Shown here: piece after piece, positions 49,341 to 58,897 of the stretch
Position numbering within the stretch: position 1 is the first letter of the stretch
Layout of the letters: each line of letters begins with the position of its first letter
Assembly (NCBI GenBank): GCA_963837425.1
Contig: CAWINH010000002.1
Span: 599,129-663,128 of the forward strand
Length of the DNA stretch: 64,000 nucleotides
Source: an uncultured Chloroflexia bacterium
GTDB lineage: Bacteria > Chloroflexota > Limnocylindria > QHBO01
Reading direction: 5' to 3'
Notes under the pieces: model-generated
Seen by the model: the letters and a program-made list of their open reading frames with translations, nothing else
Told to the model about the DNA's origin: nothing
Databases searched by the model: none
Program-made: the position numbers and the translations under genes

Positions 49341-50122
49341 CTATGCCTTCAGCCTGCGTGCAGAAGCCGATGCGCGAGCCACGAGAAGCCGAGGGCGAAG
49401 ATCGCGCAGGTAGGCGACGTGGAGCGGCCACCCGGAGATGAGGTGGCGTCCGACAGGACGAAGCCGCGGACCAGCTCCACGCCGTGGTACAGCGGCGTCG
49501 CGGCAGCGATCCATTGGACCCCTTCGGGCAGCTGGGTGAGCGGGAAGAACGTGCCGCTGAACAGGAAGAGCGGGTTGATCACGAAGCGGAAGATCCAGCT
49601 GAATCCGTCTCCTGTGCGCTGGGTGGCCGTGAAGCTCATGACCGCAGGAGCGAACGCGAGCCCGATGAGGATCGTGGACGGGATCGCCAGCAGCGCCAGC
49701 GGCGAGCGGGGGATCGCCGAACGCGGTCAGGACCACCAGGAAGACGGTGCTGATCAGCGCGATGCGGAAGCTGATCCAGAGCAGCTCGCCGGCCACGATG
49801 TGACGCACACCGAGCGGGGTGGCCAGGATCGCGTCGTAGTTCCGGCGCCACTGGATCTTGCCGAGGATCGGGAAGCTCGACTCGAACGACGCCGTCTGCA
49901 TGCAGCTCGCCGCCAGGATGCCGGGCCCCAGGAAGTCGAGGTACGGGTAGCCGCCCATCACGGCTCGGCCCGGAGCTCGATGAGCTTGCCGAGGCCAATG
50001 CCCATCGCGGTCAGGTACAGCAGCGGGGTCATGAACGAGCCGAAGATGCTGCCGTGCCAGGTGCGTCGGTAGACCCACAGGTTGCGCTGGAGGACGCGGC
50101 CGCGGGGCGCGAGCGAGGTCAT
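49341..50122 (-). pseudogene. ABC-2-type permease, frameshifted
   Basis: MTSLAPRGRVLQRNLWVYRR start at 50122. Pieces continue in ORFs 49341..50531 and 49349..49639 (FVINPLFLFSGTFFPLTQLPEGVQW). Confidence 0.65.
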
Positions 50123-50128
50123 CGGCGG

Positions 50129-51064
50129 CTACTCGATCAGGGTGCGGCCGGTGAGCCGCAGGAAGACGTCCTCGAGCGAGGAGCGGCGGACGAGCGTGCT
50201 CTCGAGCGGCGCCTCGCGGGCCCGCAGCGTGTCGAGGGCCGCATCCCCGTCCTCGACGTAGAGCAGGGTCCGGTCGGGCAGCTCCTCGATCCGCTCGGCG
50301 ATCCCGTCCAGCTTTCCGTCCAGCTGGCCGCGGGCATCGCTGTGGACCCGTATCTCGAGGACTTCGCGGGTGCTGTAGCGGTCGATCAACTCGCGTGGCG
50401 AGCCCTCGGCAACGATCTCGGCCTTGTCCATCACCACGAGCCGGTCGCAGAGCTGCTCCGCTTCGTCCATGTAGTGCGTCGTGATGAGCAGGGTGGCGCC
50501 CCGCTGCTTGAGCCGATACAGGCGCTCCCACACGAGGTGGCGCGCCTGGGGGTCGAGCCCGGTCGTCGGCTCGTCGAATATGATCAGCTCGGGGTCGTTG
50601 ATGAGCGACCGCGCGATCGTCAGGCGTCGCTTCATGCCGCCCGACAACGGCTCGACCTGGTCGTTTGCGCGCTCGGCGAGCTGGACGAAATCGAGCAGCT
50701 CATCGGCTCGCTCGCGAGCGAGCCGGTCCGAGATGTCGAAGTAGCGCGCGTACATCTCGAGGTTCTCGCGCACCGTGAGCTCCGCATCGAGGTTGTCGAT
50801 CTGCGGAACCACACCGAGGCGTGCCTTGATCTGAGCGGCCTGGGTCCGCGGGTCCATCCCGATCACCGTCAGGTCGCCCTCGGTCACCGGCGAGGAGCAG
50901 GCGATCATCCGCATCGTCGAGGTCTTGCCGGCCCCGTTCGGGCCAAGGAATCCGAACGCCTCCCCAGTGCGCACGTCGAAGTCGATGGCCTTCACCGCCG
51001 TGAAGCCACCGAAGCGCTTCGTCAGCGAGCGGGCATGGACGAGGATCTCCGTGGTCGGGGGCAT
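50129..51064 (-). CDS. ABC transporter ATP-binding protein (DrrA/NodI-like)
   Basis: ATG at 51064. Walker [10 protein letters not shown], signature LSGGMKRRL, Walker B IIFDEPT. Intact despite broken neighbours. Confidence 0.9.
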   Translation of the reverse strand: MPPTTEILVHARSLTKRFGGFTAVKAIDFDVRTGEAFGFLGPNGAGKTSTMRMIACSSPVTEGDLTVIGMDPRTQAAQIKARLGVVPQIDNLDAELTVRENLEMYARYFDISDRLARERADELLDFVQLAERANDQVEPLSGGMKRRLTIARSLINDPELIIFDEPTTGLDPQARHLVWERLYRLKQRGATLLITTHYMDEAEQLCDRLVVMDKAEIVAEGSPRELIDRYSTREVLEIRVHSDARGQLDGKLDGIAERIEELPDRTLLYVEDGDAALDTLRAREAPLESTLVRRSSLEDVFLRLTGRTLIE

Positions 51065-51131
51065 CCGGCGAATTCTACAGGTCATAAACGTGCGACTTGA
51101 CCGTAGCAGGTTTATGGTCGCAGGATGGGCG

Positions 51132-52029
51132 ATGCAGCCGCTCGACATCGCCGTGATGGGCGCCACCGGGTTCGTGGGCAGCCACCTCGTCCCGCACCTC
51201 GTCTCGACTGGACACCGGGTGCGCGCCGTGTCGCGGACCGGGCGCCGGCAGCGCCGAATGGGGCCATGGGGTCGAGACGCTCGAGGCCGACGTGGTAACC
51301 GGCAGCGGACTCGATGCGGCACTGCTCGGCGCCGACGCGCTCGTCCACCTCGTGGCCGATCCCGCGCGAGGGCCGCGGCCGTTCGTTCGAGGCCGTGAAC
51401 GTCGGCGGGGTGCGCAACGTGCGTCGAGGCCGCGCGGCGGGCCGAGGTTCCGCGCATCGTGCACCTGTCGGTCCTCGGGGTGACCGGCGACGCGCGCTAT
51501 CGCTACCTGGCCAGCAAGTGGCGAGGGGAGGAGCTCGTTCGCGGCAGCGGGCTGGAGTGGGTGATCCTGCGCCCCTCGTTGCTGTTCGGTCCCGGAGACG
51601 GGTTCTTCAACCTCATCAGGGAGACGTTGACCTGGTGGTCACCGGGGGTGGTCGCCATCCCCGGTGACGGGAGTGCCGAGTTCCAGCCGCTCTCCGTTGA
51701 CGATCTGGCGATCGCGATCGAGCGCTGCGTGGTCGAGCCTGCTCGGGCCGGCTCGATCTACGAGCTCGGCGGCCCGGAGCGCCTCGCCTACCGCGAGATC
51801 GTGGACCGCGTGATGGCGGCGACCGGCAAACATCGGCTGAAGCTGAACTTGCCGATCGGATTGATCAGCGGCCTGACGTCGGATCACCGACCGCATCCTG
51901 CCGATCTTCCCCGTGAGCCACGACCAGATCGCCAGCCTCGGCCGTCCGAACACGACCGATCTCGACGCGTTCGTCCGCGCCTTCGGCGTCGAGGCGCGCC
52001 CGCTGGCGCTCGAGTACCTGCGCGGGTAG
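51132..52029 (+). pseudogene. NAD(P)-binding epimerase/NmrA/NDUFA9-like protein, multiple frameshifts
   Basis: VMGATGFVGSHLV Rossmann start. Later blocks (DALVHLVA, FEAVNVGGVRNV, YLASKWRGEELVR...VILRPSLLFGPGD) are spread over three frames. Confidence 0.65.
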
Positions 52030-52044
52030 CGTCCGCGCCCGGGC

Positions 52045-52410
52045 TCAGGCCTCGACGGCCTCGGCGTCATCCTCCATTCCTCCGGAGCGCACCCGGGCCG
52101 CGGCCTGGGTCGCGCGTGCCATGAGCGCATTCGGATCGAGGCCGAATCGGGAGAGGAGCATCGCGTCGAAGCGATCGGCGCCGGCCGCACCGAGCAGCGC
52201 ACCGAGCCAGAACGCGCGTCGGGGGCCGCCGAGGATGCTCCCCACGAAGCCGCCGACGACGCCCGCGGTCAGCGAGGCGGTGACGTTGACGTGGTCGATC
52301 GCAGTCTCCTCGCCATGCAGAGTCCCGTGCGCGGTGTCTGCCGCGGCTCGGACCGCCCCGCCCAGCATGCTGCCGAGCGCGGCGGAGAAGATCGAGATGA
52401 AGAGTCGCAT
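52045..52410 (-). CDS. Gly-rich hypothetical (membrane-associated) protein
   Basis: 121 aa with glycine-zipper-like segments (GSMLGGAV, GVVGGFVGSILGG, GALLGAAG). Confidence 0.4.
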   Translation of the reverse strand: MRLFISIFSAALGSMLGGAVRAAADTAHGTLHGEETAIDHVNVTASLTAGVVGGFVGSILGGPRRAFWLGALLGAAGADRFDAMLLSRFGLDPNALMARATQAAARVRSGGMEDDAEAVEA

Positions 52411-52413
52411 TGC

Positions 52414-53124
52414 TCAGGCCTCCCAGGTTTCGCCCGGCTGGAGCTCGACAACGGTCGCTTTGGTGGCCGCCTGCAGCTCGGCCGGCGTCCCGGCCAGGAT
52501 GGGGAACGTTCCGTAGTGGACCGGGATCACCGTTCGCGCCCCGACGAGCGCCGCCGCCCGGGCGGCGTCGGCTGGACCCATCGTGTAGTGGCCGCCGATC
52601 GGCAGGATCGCGATCCCCGGTGCCCAGCGCTCCTTGATGAGCGCCATGTCGCCGAAGAGGTCGGTGTCGCCCGAGTGGTAGACGCGCGTCCCGTCCTCGA
52701 ACTCGATGACCCAGCCCCAGCAGCCGAGGTCGCGGGTCACCGCCGGGTCGACGTCGGTGATCGTGGCGCCGCCCGAGTGATCCGCATGGACCATCGTGAA
52801 GCCGATGCCGGCCGCCTCGAACGTGCCACCGGTGTTCATCCCGACCGCCCCGGAGATGCCCTTGCCAATGAAGTAGATCGACATCTCGTGGCTGGCGATC
52901 AGCTGTCCGCCAACCGCGGCCAGCGCCAGCACGTCTGCGCCATCGTCGCCGATGTGGTCGAAATGGCCATGGGTCGGGGCGATGACGTCCACCTTCATCG
53001 GCTCGCGATAGGCGTCCGGGTAGGTCGGTGCGGTGATCCATCGGTCGACCCAGACCCATTTGTCGGCCGGGGATCGATAGAGAATCCCGCCGTGTCCGAG
53101 TCGGGTGATGCGCAGCTTGGCCAT
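52414..53124 (-). CDS. metal-dependent hydrolase, MBL fold (UPF0173-like)
   Basis: THGHFDHIGD motif, HSGDTDLF, IGGHYTMG. 236 aa. Confidence 0.8.
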   Translation of the reverse strand: MAKLRITRLGHGGILYRSPADKWVWVDRWITAPTYPDAYREPMKVDVIAPTHGHFDHIGDDGADVLALAAVGGQLIASHEMSIYFIGKGISGAVGMNTGGTFEAAGIGFTMVHADHSGGATITDVDPAVTRDLGCWGWVIEFEDGTRVYHSGDTDLFGDMALIKERWAPGIAILPIGGHYTMGPADAARAAALVGARTVIPVHYGTFPILAGTPAELQAATKATVVELQPGETWEA

Positions 53125-53154
53125 CGGGGCCTCCTCAATGTCGTTCTCCCCATC

Positions 53155-54327
53155 CTAGACCGGCGGCGGGACCTTGGTCTGGATCCGGGTGGCAGCCTCG
53201 GTGAGACGCGTCTCTCGGGGGTGGCGAAGGATGTAGCCATAGTCGCCGATCGCCCTGGCGAACGTGCCCGACATCGGGGCGTGCGCCACCACCAGGTCAG
53301 CGTAGTCACGGAGGACCTCGTCGTGGCCGAGCGCATACCGGAACCGATGCTTGCGGCCGACGTAGGCGCAGGCATACGCCCGCGAAACGGTCGCATCGAA
53401 TGATCCGTGCACGACCATCCGGGCCCACGCCCGGTAGAAGTCGAAGTCGTTCGCGTAGTTGAACATGTCGACGGTCAGGCCGCCGGGCGGGCGGCTGTTG
53501 ATCTCGAGCGGCACGTACGAGCCGTCCGCCATCCGGAAGAACTCGAAGTGGAACGGGCGCTCCCGGATCCGGAAGGCGCGGACGATCGCCCGGCCGGCGG
53601 CGTCGAGCTCGCGTGGGATCCGGCGAGTGATGCAGTACCAGATGTCGTCATCCGCGTTCACGGCCTCCATGACGCCCCGGCTGTAGTAGAACGACGAGCC
53701 GAACACCACCTCACCGCGCCGATCTGCGAGGCCGTCGTAGGTGAGCAGCGTTCCCGACAGGTACGCCTCGAGGATGTAGTCGACCGCTGGCTTGTCGGCC
53801 AGGTAGTGTTCGAGATCGTCGGGTGACTCGAGCTTGTACGTGGCGGCCGCTCCGACGCCGGCGTCCGGCTTGGCGACGACCGGGTAGCCGACCTCCGCCA
53901 CGAAGGCTCGTGCGGCGCGCGGCGTCCGGCACACGCGCCCCGGTCCCGGGGTCAGGCCGGCGCGCTCGAAGAGCCGCTTCATGCGCGACTTGCGCTTCAT
54001 GCGCGCGATGTCCGCGGTGTGGAGGCCGGCAATGTTGAAGTCGGTCCGGAGGCGAGCCTCGGACTCGAGCCACCACTCGTTGAGCGAGTCGAGGCGATCG
54101 AGCTTGCCGTGCCGATGGGTGAGGTGGCCAAGCGCTCGGACCAGCTGCGGATAGTCGTTCATGTCCCCGACGCGGTAGTACTCGGCCATCGCGTCGCGGA
54201 GCTCGGGGCGGAGTGCCTCCCAGGGCTCCTCCGCGACGCCCAGTGTCGTCGCGCCCTCGTCGCGCAGGGCGGTCACGAACCGATACCACGTCGGCGGGAA
54301 ATGCGGTGACAGAAAGACGACGTTCAT
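53155..54327 (-). CDS. ATP-grasp domain protein, substrate unknown
   Basis: 390 aa. Central GYPVVAKPDAGVGA, and EINSRPPGG near the C-terminus, typical of ATP-grasp ligases. Confidence 0.7.
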   Translation of the reverse strand: MNVVFLSPHFPPTWYRFVTALRDEGATTLGVAEEPWEALRPELRDAMAEYYRVGDMNDYPQLVRALGHLTHRHGKLDRLDSLNEWWLESEARLRTDFNIAGLHTADIARMKRKSRMKRLFERAGLTPGPGRVCRTPRAARAFVAEVGYPVVAKPDAGVGAAATYKLESPDDLEHYLADKPAVDYILEAYLSGTLLTYDGLADRRGEVVFGSSFYYSRGVMEAVNADDDIWYCITRRIPRELDAAGRAIVRAFRIRERPFHFEFFRMADGSYVPLEINSRPPGGLTVDMFNYANDFDFYRAWARMVVHGSFDATVSRAYACAYVGRKHRFRYALGHDEVLRDYADLVVAHAPMSGTFARAIGDYGYILRHPRETRLTEAATRIQTKVPPPV

Positions 54328-54343
54328 GGGCAGGGCGGCGCCG

Positions 54344-55000
54344 TCAACCGGGGATCAGCAGGCGGCCCGCGGAGGCGATGCGCTCCATCCACGGCCGTTC
54401 GCGGGCGATCGTCGTTTCCGCCCCGTGGCCGGGGAGGACGCGGACCGCGTCCGGCATCTCGTGCGCGAGGCGCGCCAGGCTGGCGACCATCAGCTCGTCG
54501 CTGCCCCCGGGCAGGTCGGTGCGCCCATAGCTTCCGGCGAACAGGACGTCGCCGGAGAGGAGGAGCGCACGACCCTCCTCGTACAGGCAGACCGAGCCCT
54601 CCGTGTGCCCCGGGGTGTGGAGGATGTCGAAGACGAGATCGCCGATCCGCAGCTGCTCACCGTCCCGAAGCTCCCGTTCCGCGGACGAGGGCTCGATCAC
54701 GAAGCCGTAGACGTTCTCGCCCGCCAGGCGGTATCCGTCGTCGGGGTGGATCGCCAGTGGCGCCCCGGTTGCCGCCTTCAGCGCGGCGTTGTCGAAGATG
54801 TGATCCACGTGGCCGTGCGAGTTCGCGATGACGTGGACGCGGAGCCCGTTCGCGATGGCCCGCTGCGTGAGGGTCTCGGCGGCGCCCATGCCCGGGTCGA
54901 CGACGAGGGCATCCTCGGTCAGGCCGTCCCACACCAGGTACGCGTTCGTCTGCCACGGCCCGAATGCGCCGACCTCGATCCGCAGCTTCCGCTCGCTCAC
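54344..55000 (-). CDS. MBL-fold hydrolase (hydroxyacylglutathione hydrolase-like)
   Basis: NSHGHVDH, HTPGHTEGS, GDVLFAGSYGRTD. Confidence 0.8.
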   Translation of the reverse strand: MSERKLRIEVGAFGPWQTNAYLVWDGLTEDALVVDPGMGAAETLTQRAIANGLRVHVIANSHGHVDHIFDNAALKAATGAPLAIHPDDGYRLAGENVYGFVIEPSSAERELRDGEQLRIGDLVFDILHTPGHTEGSVCLYEEGRALLLSGDVLFAGSYGRTDLPGGSDELMVASLARLAHEMPDAVRVLPGHGAETTIARERPWMERIASAGRLLIPG

Positions 55001-55803
55001 TGCTCCCGGGCTCCGGCCGGGCCAACCGGTCCGATCGGCAGTTCGTCGATGACGAGGCCGAAGGTCCGCGCCAGCGCATCGGCGAGGGCATCCTCCACGA
55101 GCCCCATGTCCACCGCGTGGCCGAGCTCGCGGGCCAGGCTCGTGACCTCCCTGTCGGGAATGCCGCAGGGGATCATCTCCGCGAACCAGCGGAGGTCGGT
55201 GTTGACGTTGAGCGCCAGGCCGTGGGTCGTCACGCCCCGCCTGACGCGGACGCCGATGGCGGCCAGCTTTCGCCGCTCGTCGACCCAGACCCCGGTGAGG
55301 CCCTCGACTCGGCCGGCGCCCACGCCAAGGCCGGCGGCGACCTCGATCACGCTGGCCTCCAGTGCCCGTACGTACCGGCGCAGGTCAAGCGGGTCGTGGA
55401 GCTCGACGATCGGGTAGGCGACGAGCTGGCCGGGGCCGTGGAAGGTGACGTCCCCGCCGCGGTCGATGCGGATGAACTCGGCGCCGATCTCGCGCAGCCG
55501 ATCGCGGCTGGCGAGCAGGTTCCGTTCGTCGCCGCCGCGGCCGATCGTGTAGACCGGGTAGTGCTCGAGCAGGAGCAGCCGATCGCCGATGCGCCGTCCA
55601 CGGCGCAGATCGGCGAGTTCGTCCTGCAGCTCCCAGGTGGGCTGGTAGGGGACGGTTCCGAGTCGATCGACGGCAAGTCGTCCGCCGTGCGCGGCGAGGA
55701 GCGGGTGGTCGTCGGTCGCGGGACGGTACTCGAGGTCCTTTCGCGGCCGCTGGGCGCGTACCTGCGACGCGACCCCGGGGGGCGGTGCGCTGATGTCGCG
55801 CAT
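54997..55803 (-). CDS. lipB: lipoyl(octanoyl) transferase
   Basis: ATG at 55803. RGGDVTFHGPGQLVAYP, RKLAAIGVR (catalytic Lys), MIPCGI (catalytic Cys). Confidence 0.9.
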   Translation of the reverse strand: MRDISAPPPGVASQVRAQRPRKDLEYRPATDDHPLLAAHGGRLAVDRLGTVPYQPTWELQDELADLRRGRRIGDRLLLLEHYPVYTIGRGGDERNLLASRDRLREIGAEFIRIDRGGDVTFHGPGQLVAYPIVELHDPLDLRRYVRALEASVIEVAAGLGVGAGRVEGLTGVWVDERRKLAAIGVRVRRGVTTHGLALNVNTDLRWFAEMIPCGIPDREVTSLARELGHAVDMGLVEDALADALARTFGLVIDELPIGPVGPAGAREQ

Positions 55804-55814
55804 CGGCCCGCTCT

Positions 55815-56864
55815 TCACCCTGCCGCCGCGGCCCGTCCCGGGAGCTGCTCCGCGGCGTGGTACGAGGAGCGCACCAGGGGCCCCGACTGGACGTGGCGGA
55901 AGCCCATCTCGAGGCCGATCCGCCGCAGGCTCATGAACTCGGCGGGCGTGTAATAGCGGTGCAGCGGCAGGTGCTGGCGGCTCGGGCGGAGGTATTGCCC
56001 GATGGTGACGACCTCGATCTCCGCTGCTCGCAGGAGGCCGAGGGCCTCGACGATCTCGTCCCACGTCTCCCCCAGGCCGACCATCAGCCCGGTCTTCGTC
56101 ACCATCGCGTCGAAGCCGATCTCGCGCGCCACCGCTCGCCCGGTGGTCAGCACCGAGATGGACCGGTCCCAGCGCGCCCTGCGCCGCACGGGACGCTGGA
56201 GGCGGGGAACCGTCTCGACGTTGTGGTTCAGGATGTCGGGGCGCGCCTCGACGACCGTCCGGATGTCCGGCTCACGACCGTTCAGGTCGCTGATCAGGAC
56301 CTCGACCCCGGTTCCGGGTGAGGCCAGCCGGATCTCGCGGATCGTGTCGGCGACGACGGCGGCGCCGCCATCGGGCAGGTCGTCGCGGGCCACCATCGTG
56401 ACCACCACGTGCTTCAGCTGCATGGCGCGTGCCGCCTCCGCCACCCGTCGCGGCTCGTCGAGGTCGGTGACCGGAGGCCGTCCGGTGTCGATGGCGCAGA
56501 AGCCGCAGTTCCGGGTGCAGATGCTGCCGAGCACCATGAAGGTCGCGGTGCCGAGCGTCCAGCACTCTCCCTGGTTCGGGCAGCGCGCCTCCTCGCAGAC
56601 GGTGTGCAGCGCCTCGGCTCGCATGAGGCGGTTCACGGCGGCGTACGTCTCGCCGACGCCGACGCGGACCTTCAGCCACTCCGGGCGCCGCCCGCCGGGT
56701 CCGGCGTTTTCGGGGATCGGGTCGCCCGGCGCACGGAGGCCGCCGTCCAGCGATGGCCCGCCCGGATACATGATCTCGGAGGGCGCGGCGTGCCCTTCGT
56801 GCGGCCCGCTCACGACGGACAGCTCGCCGAGCGCGGCGAAGTTGGGCGGCTGCAGGGACGCCAT
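55815..56864 (-). CDS. lipA: lipoyl synthase
   Basis: ATG at 56864. CEEARCPNQGEC auxiliary cluster and CTRNCGFC radical-SAM motif. Confidence 0.9.
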   Translation of the reverse strand: MASLQPPNFAALGELSVVSGPHEGHAAPSEIMYPGGPSLDGGLRAPGDPIPENAGPGGRRPEWLKVRVGVGETYAAVNRLMRAEALHTVCEEARCPNQGECWTLGTATFMVLGSICTRNCGFCAIDTGRPPVTDLDEPRRVAEAARAMQLKHVVVTMVARDDLPDGGAAVVADTIREIRLASPGTGVEVLISDLNGREPDIRTVVEARPDILNHNVETVPRLQRPVRRRARWDRSISVLTTGRAVAREIGFDAMVTKTGLMVGLGETWDEIVEALGLLRAAEIEVVTIGQYLRPSRQHLPLHRYYTPAEFMSLRRIGLEMGFRHVQSGPLVRSSYHAAEQLPGRAAAAG

Positions 56865-57052
56865 GAACACGAGTCTAGCGAAGGGAGGCGCTCGACGCCG
56901 CCCGCGCGGCTGCGTGGGAGCGAAGTACCAGCGTCCGCCGCGCACGACCGGTACCCATCCCGCTCGCGGGCGGTCTTGAGCGTCGCCGACCGGTACCCGG
57001 CGCCCGATTCTCCTATCGCGCTCCCGGACGATCTTCGGTTCCATAAGGCTCG

Positions 57053-58897
57053 ATGAGCGTCGCCAGCCCGATGCCCGCGTCCGCCGACCAACGCACCGCG
57101 CGCCGGCCGCAGCTGCTGGTGCTCGTCTTCGGCGTCTTCCTCCTGCTCGTGGGGATCACCGCCAGCGCACTCGTGAGCATCACGACGAACAACGTCCGGA
57201 CGTCGCTACTGCAGGACATCGCGCAGCAGGATCTGGCGCTCGTCAAGCTTGTAGTAAACGATCTGAACACGAACGATCTGCCCGCCGACGCGATCTCGAC
57301 GGACCGGGCCGCCCGCCTCCACCGCCAGCTCTCGGCGCTCTTCGACTCCGACGGGATCCTTCGGATCGCGCTCATCGATCGGGACGGACGATTCGTCGCC
57401 AGCAACGTGCCGGGACTGCGTGGGTTGTCGGCTCGCAGGTCGCCGGCCCTGATGGCCGCCCTGGCCGGTGATCCGGGCCGTGCGGTGCTGGCGGCCGGTT
57501 CGACCGCGCAGGTCCCCGGACCCGACCTGTGGGTGTCGCAGGTTCTCGAGGAGGATCTGCCACTGCGCGCCGGGAAGGATACACTCGGCGCAATCGCACT
57601 CTGGCGCAACGCGACGCCGGCCCTCGCTGAGGTCGAACGGACGCGGAATGACGTCCTGCTGGTGACGATGGTGGCCGCGCTGCTGCTGGCAGTCATCCTC
57701 TTCCTCATCTTCCGCGCGGCCCAGGGCCGTCTCGGCCGCCAGCACGACCAGCTCGTGGAGGCGACCCAGCTCGACGCGCTGACCGGGCTGCTGAATCATG
57801 GCGCGGTCGTCTCGCTCCTCGCCGCCGCGGTGGAGCGGTCCGCTCGGCGCGATGACCGGATCGGCGTTGCGCTCATCGACATCGACAACTTCCGCCTGCT
57901 GAATGACACGCACTCCCACGAGGCCGGCGACGATGTGCTCCTCCGTGTTGCGGAGCTGCTGCCGGCCGGTGGCCGCGCGCACGACTACGCGGCACGCTAT
58001 GGTCCCGACGAGCTCCTGCTCGTCCGCGACGGGGCGACGGCGGATGAGATGGAAGCGCTCGTCACCGACTTCCGCCAGCGCCTCGCCCAGGTCCATGTAC
58101 AGTTCGGCGATTCCGAGCTCCTGCCGGTGACCGTCAGCGTTGGCATCGGGATCCTGCCCGAGCACGCAAGCTCGGTCACCGAGCTGCTGGCCGTTTCCGC
58201 CGCAGCGCTCGCGGAGGCCAAGGGTGGCGGGGGCAACAGCGTGCGGATTGCACAGCGGAGCAACCCGAACGGGCCGCCGGCATCGTTCAACGTCTTCGAG
58301 GGCCTGGTCATCGCGGTCGACCGCAAGGACCGCTACACCCGGCGCCACTCGGAGGACGTGTCACGTTACGCGGTATTCCTCGGGCGGCAGCTGGGGCTCG
58401 ACGAGCAGGCCCTTCGCAGCCTGCACCTCTCCGGCCTGCTCCACGATGTCGGCAAGATCGCCATCCCGGACACGATCCTGCGCAAGCCCGGCCGGCTGAC
58501 GTCGGCCGAGTACGAGATCTTCAAGCAGCACGTCGCGCTCGGCGATTCGATCGTCCGGGATGTCCCGGATATCGACGCCGTCCGCTCGGGAATCCGCACG
58601 CATCACGAGCGCTGGGATGGCCGCGGCTATCTCGGCGGTCTGGAGGGCGAGGAGATCCCGCTGATCGGCAGGATCATGGCGGTGGCCGACGCGTTTTCGG
58701 CAATGACGACCTCGCGCCCATACCGCAAGGCCCTCGACGTCGACGAGGCGCTGAAACGGCTTGGAGATGCTGCGGGCACGCAGCTCGAGGAATCGCTGGT
58801 GGAGGCGTTCATCGCTGGAATCGAGAACGCCCCGGACGCGCCGCTGCCGAACGACGACGCAACGGTCATCTGGCTGCCGGAGATGAGGGTCGCCTGA
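57053..58897 (+). CDS. membrane sensor protein with degenerate GGDEF domain and HD-GYP-type phosphodiesterase domain
   Basis: TM helix, periplasmic-type segment, second TM helix. GGDEF domain with RYGPDELL in place of RxGGDEF. HD-GYP domain HSEDV...LHDVGK...HHERWDGRGYLGG (GYL variant). Confidence 0.85.
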   Translation: MSVASPMPASADQRTARRPQLLVLVFGVFLLLVGITASALVSITTNNVRTSLLQDIAQQDLALVKLVVNDLNTNDLPADAISTDRAARLHRQLSALFDSDGILRIALIDRDGRFVASNVPGLRGLSARRSPALMAALAGDPGRAVLAAGSTAQVPGPDLWVSQVLEEDLPLRAGKDTLGAIALWRNATPALAEVERTRNDVLLVTMVAALLLAVILFLIFRAAQGRLGRQHDQLVEATQLDALTGLLNHGAVVSLLAAAVERSARRDDRIGVALIDIDNFRLLNDTHSHEAGDDVLLRVAELLPAGGRAHDYAARYGPDELLLVRDGATADEMEALVTDFRQRLAQVHVQFGDSELLPVTVSVGIGILPEHASSVTELLAVSAAALAEAKGGGGNSVRIAQRSNPNGPPASFNVFEGLVIAVDRKDRYTRRHSEDVSRYAVFLGRQLGLDEQALRSLHLSGLLHDVGKIAIPDTILRKPGRLTSAEYEIFKQHVALGDSIVRDVPDIDAVRSGIRTHHERWDGRGYLGGLEGEEIPLIGRIMAVADAFSAMTTSRPYRKALDVDEALKRLGDAAGTQLEESLVEAFIAGIENAPDAPLPNDDATVIWLPEMRVA

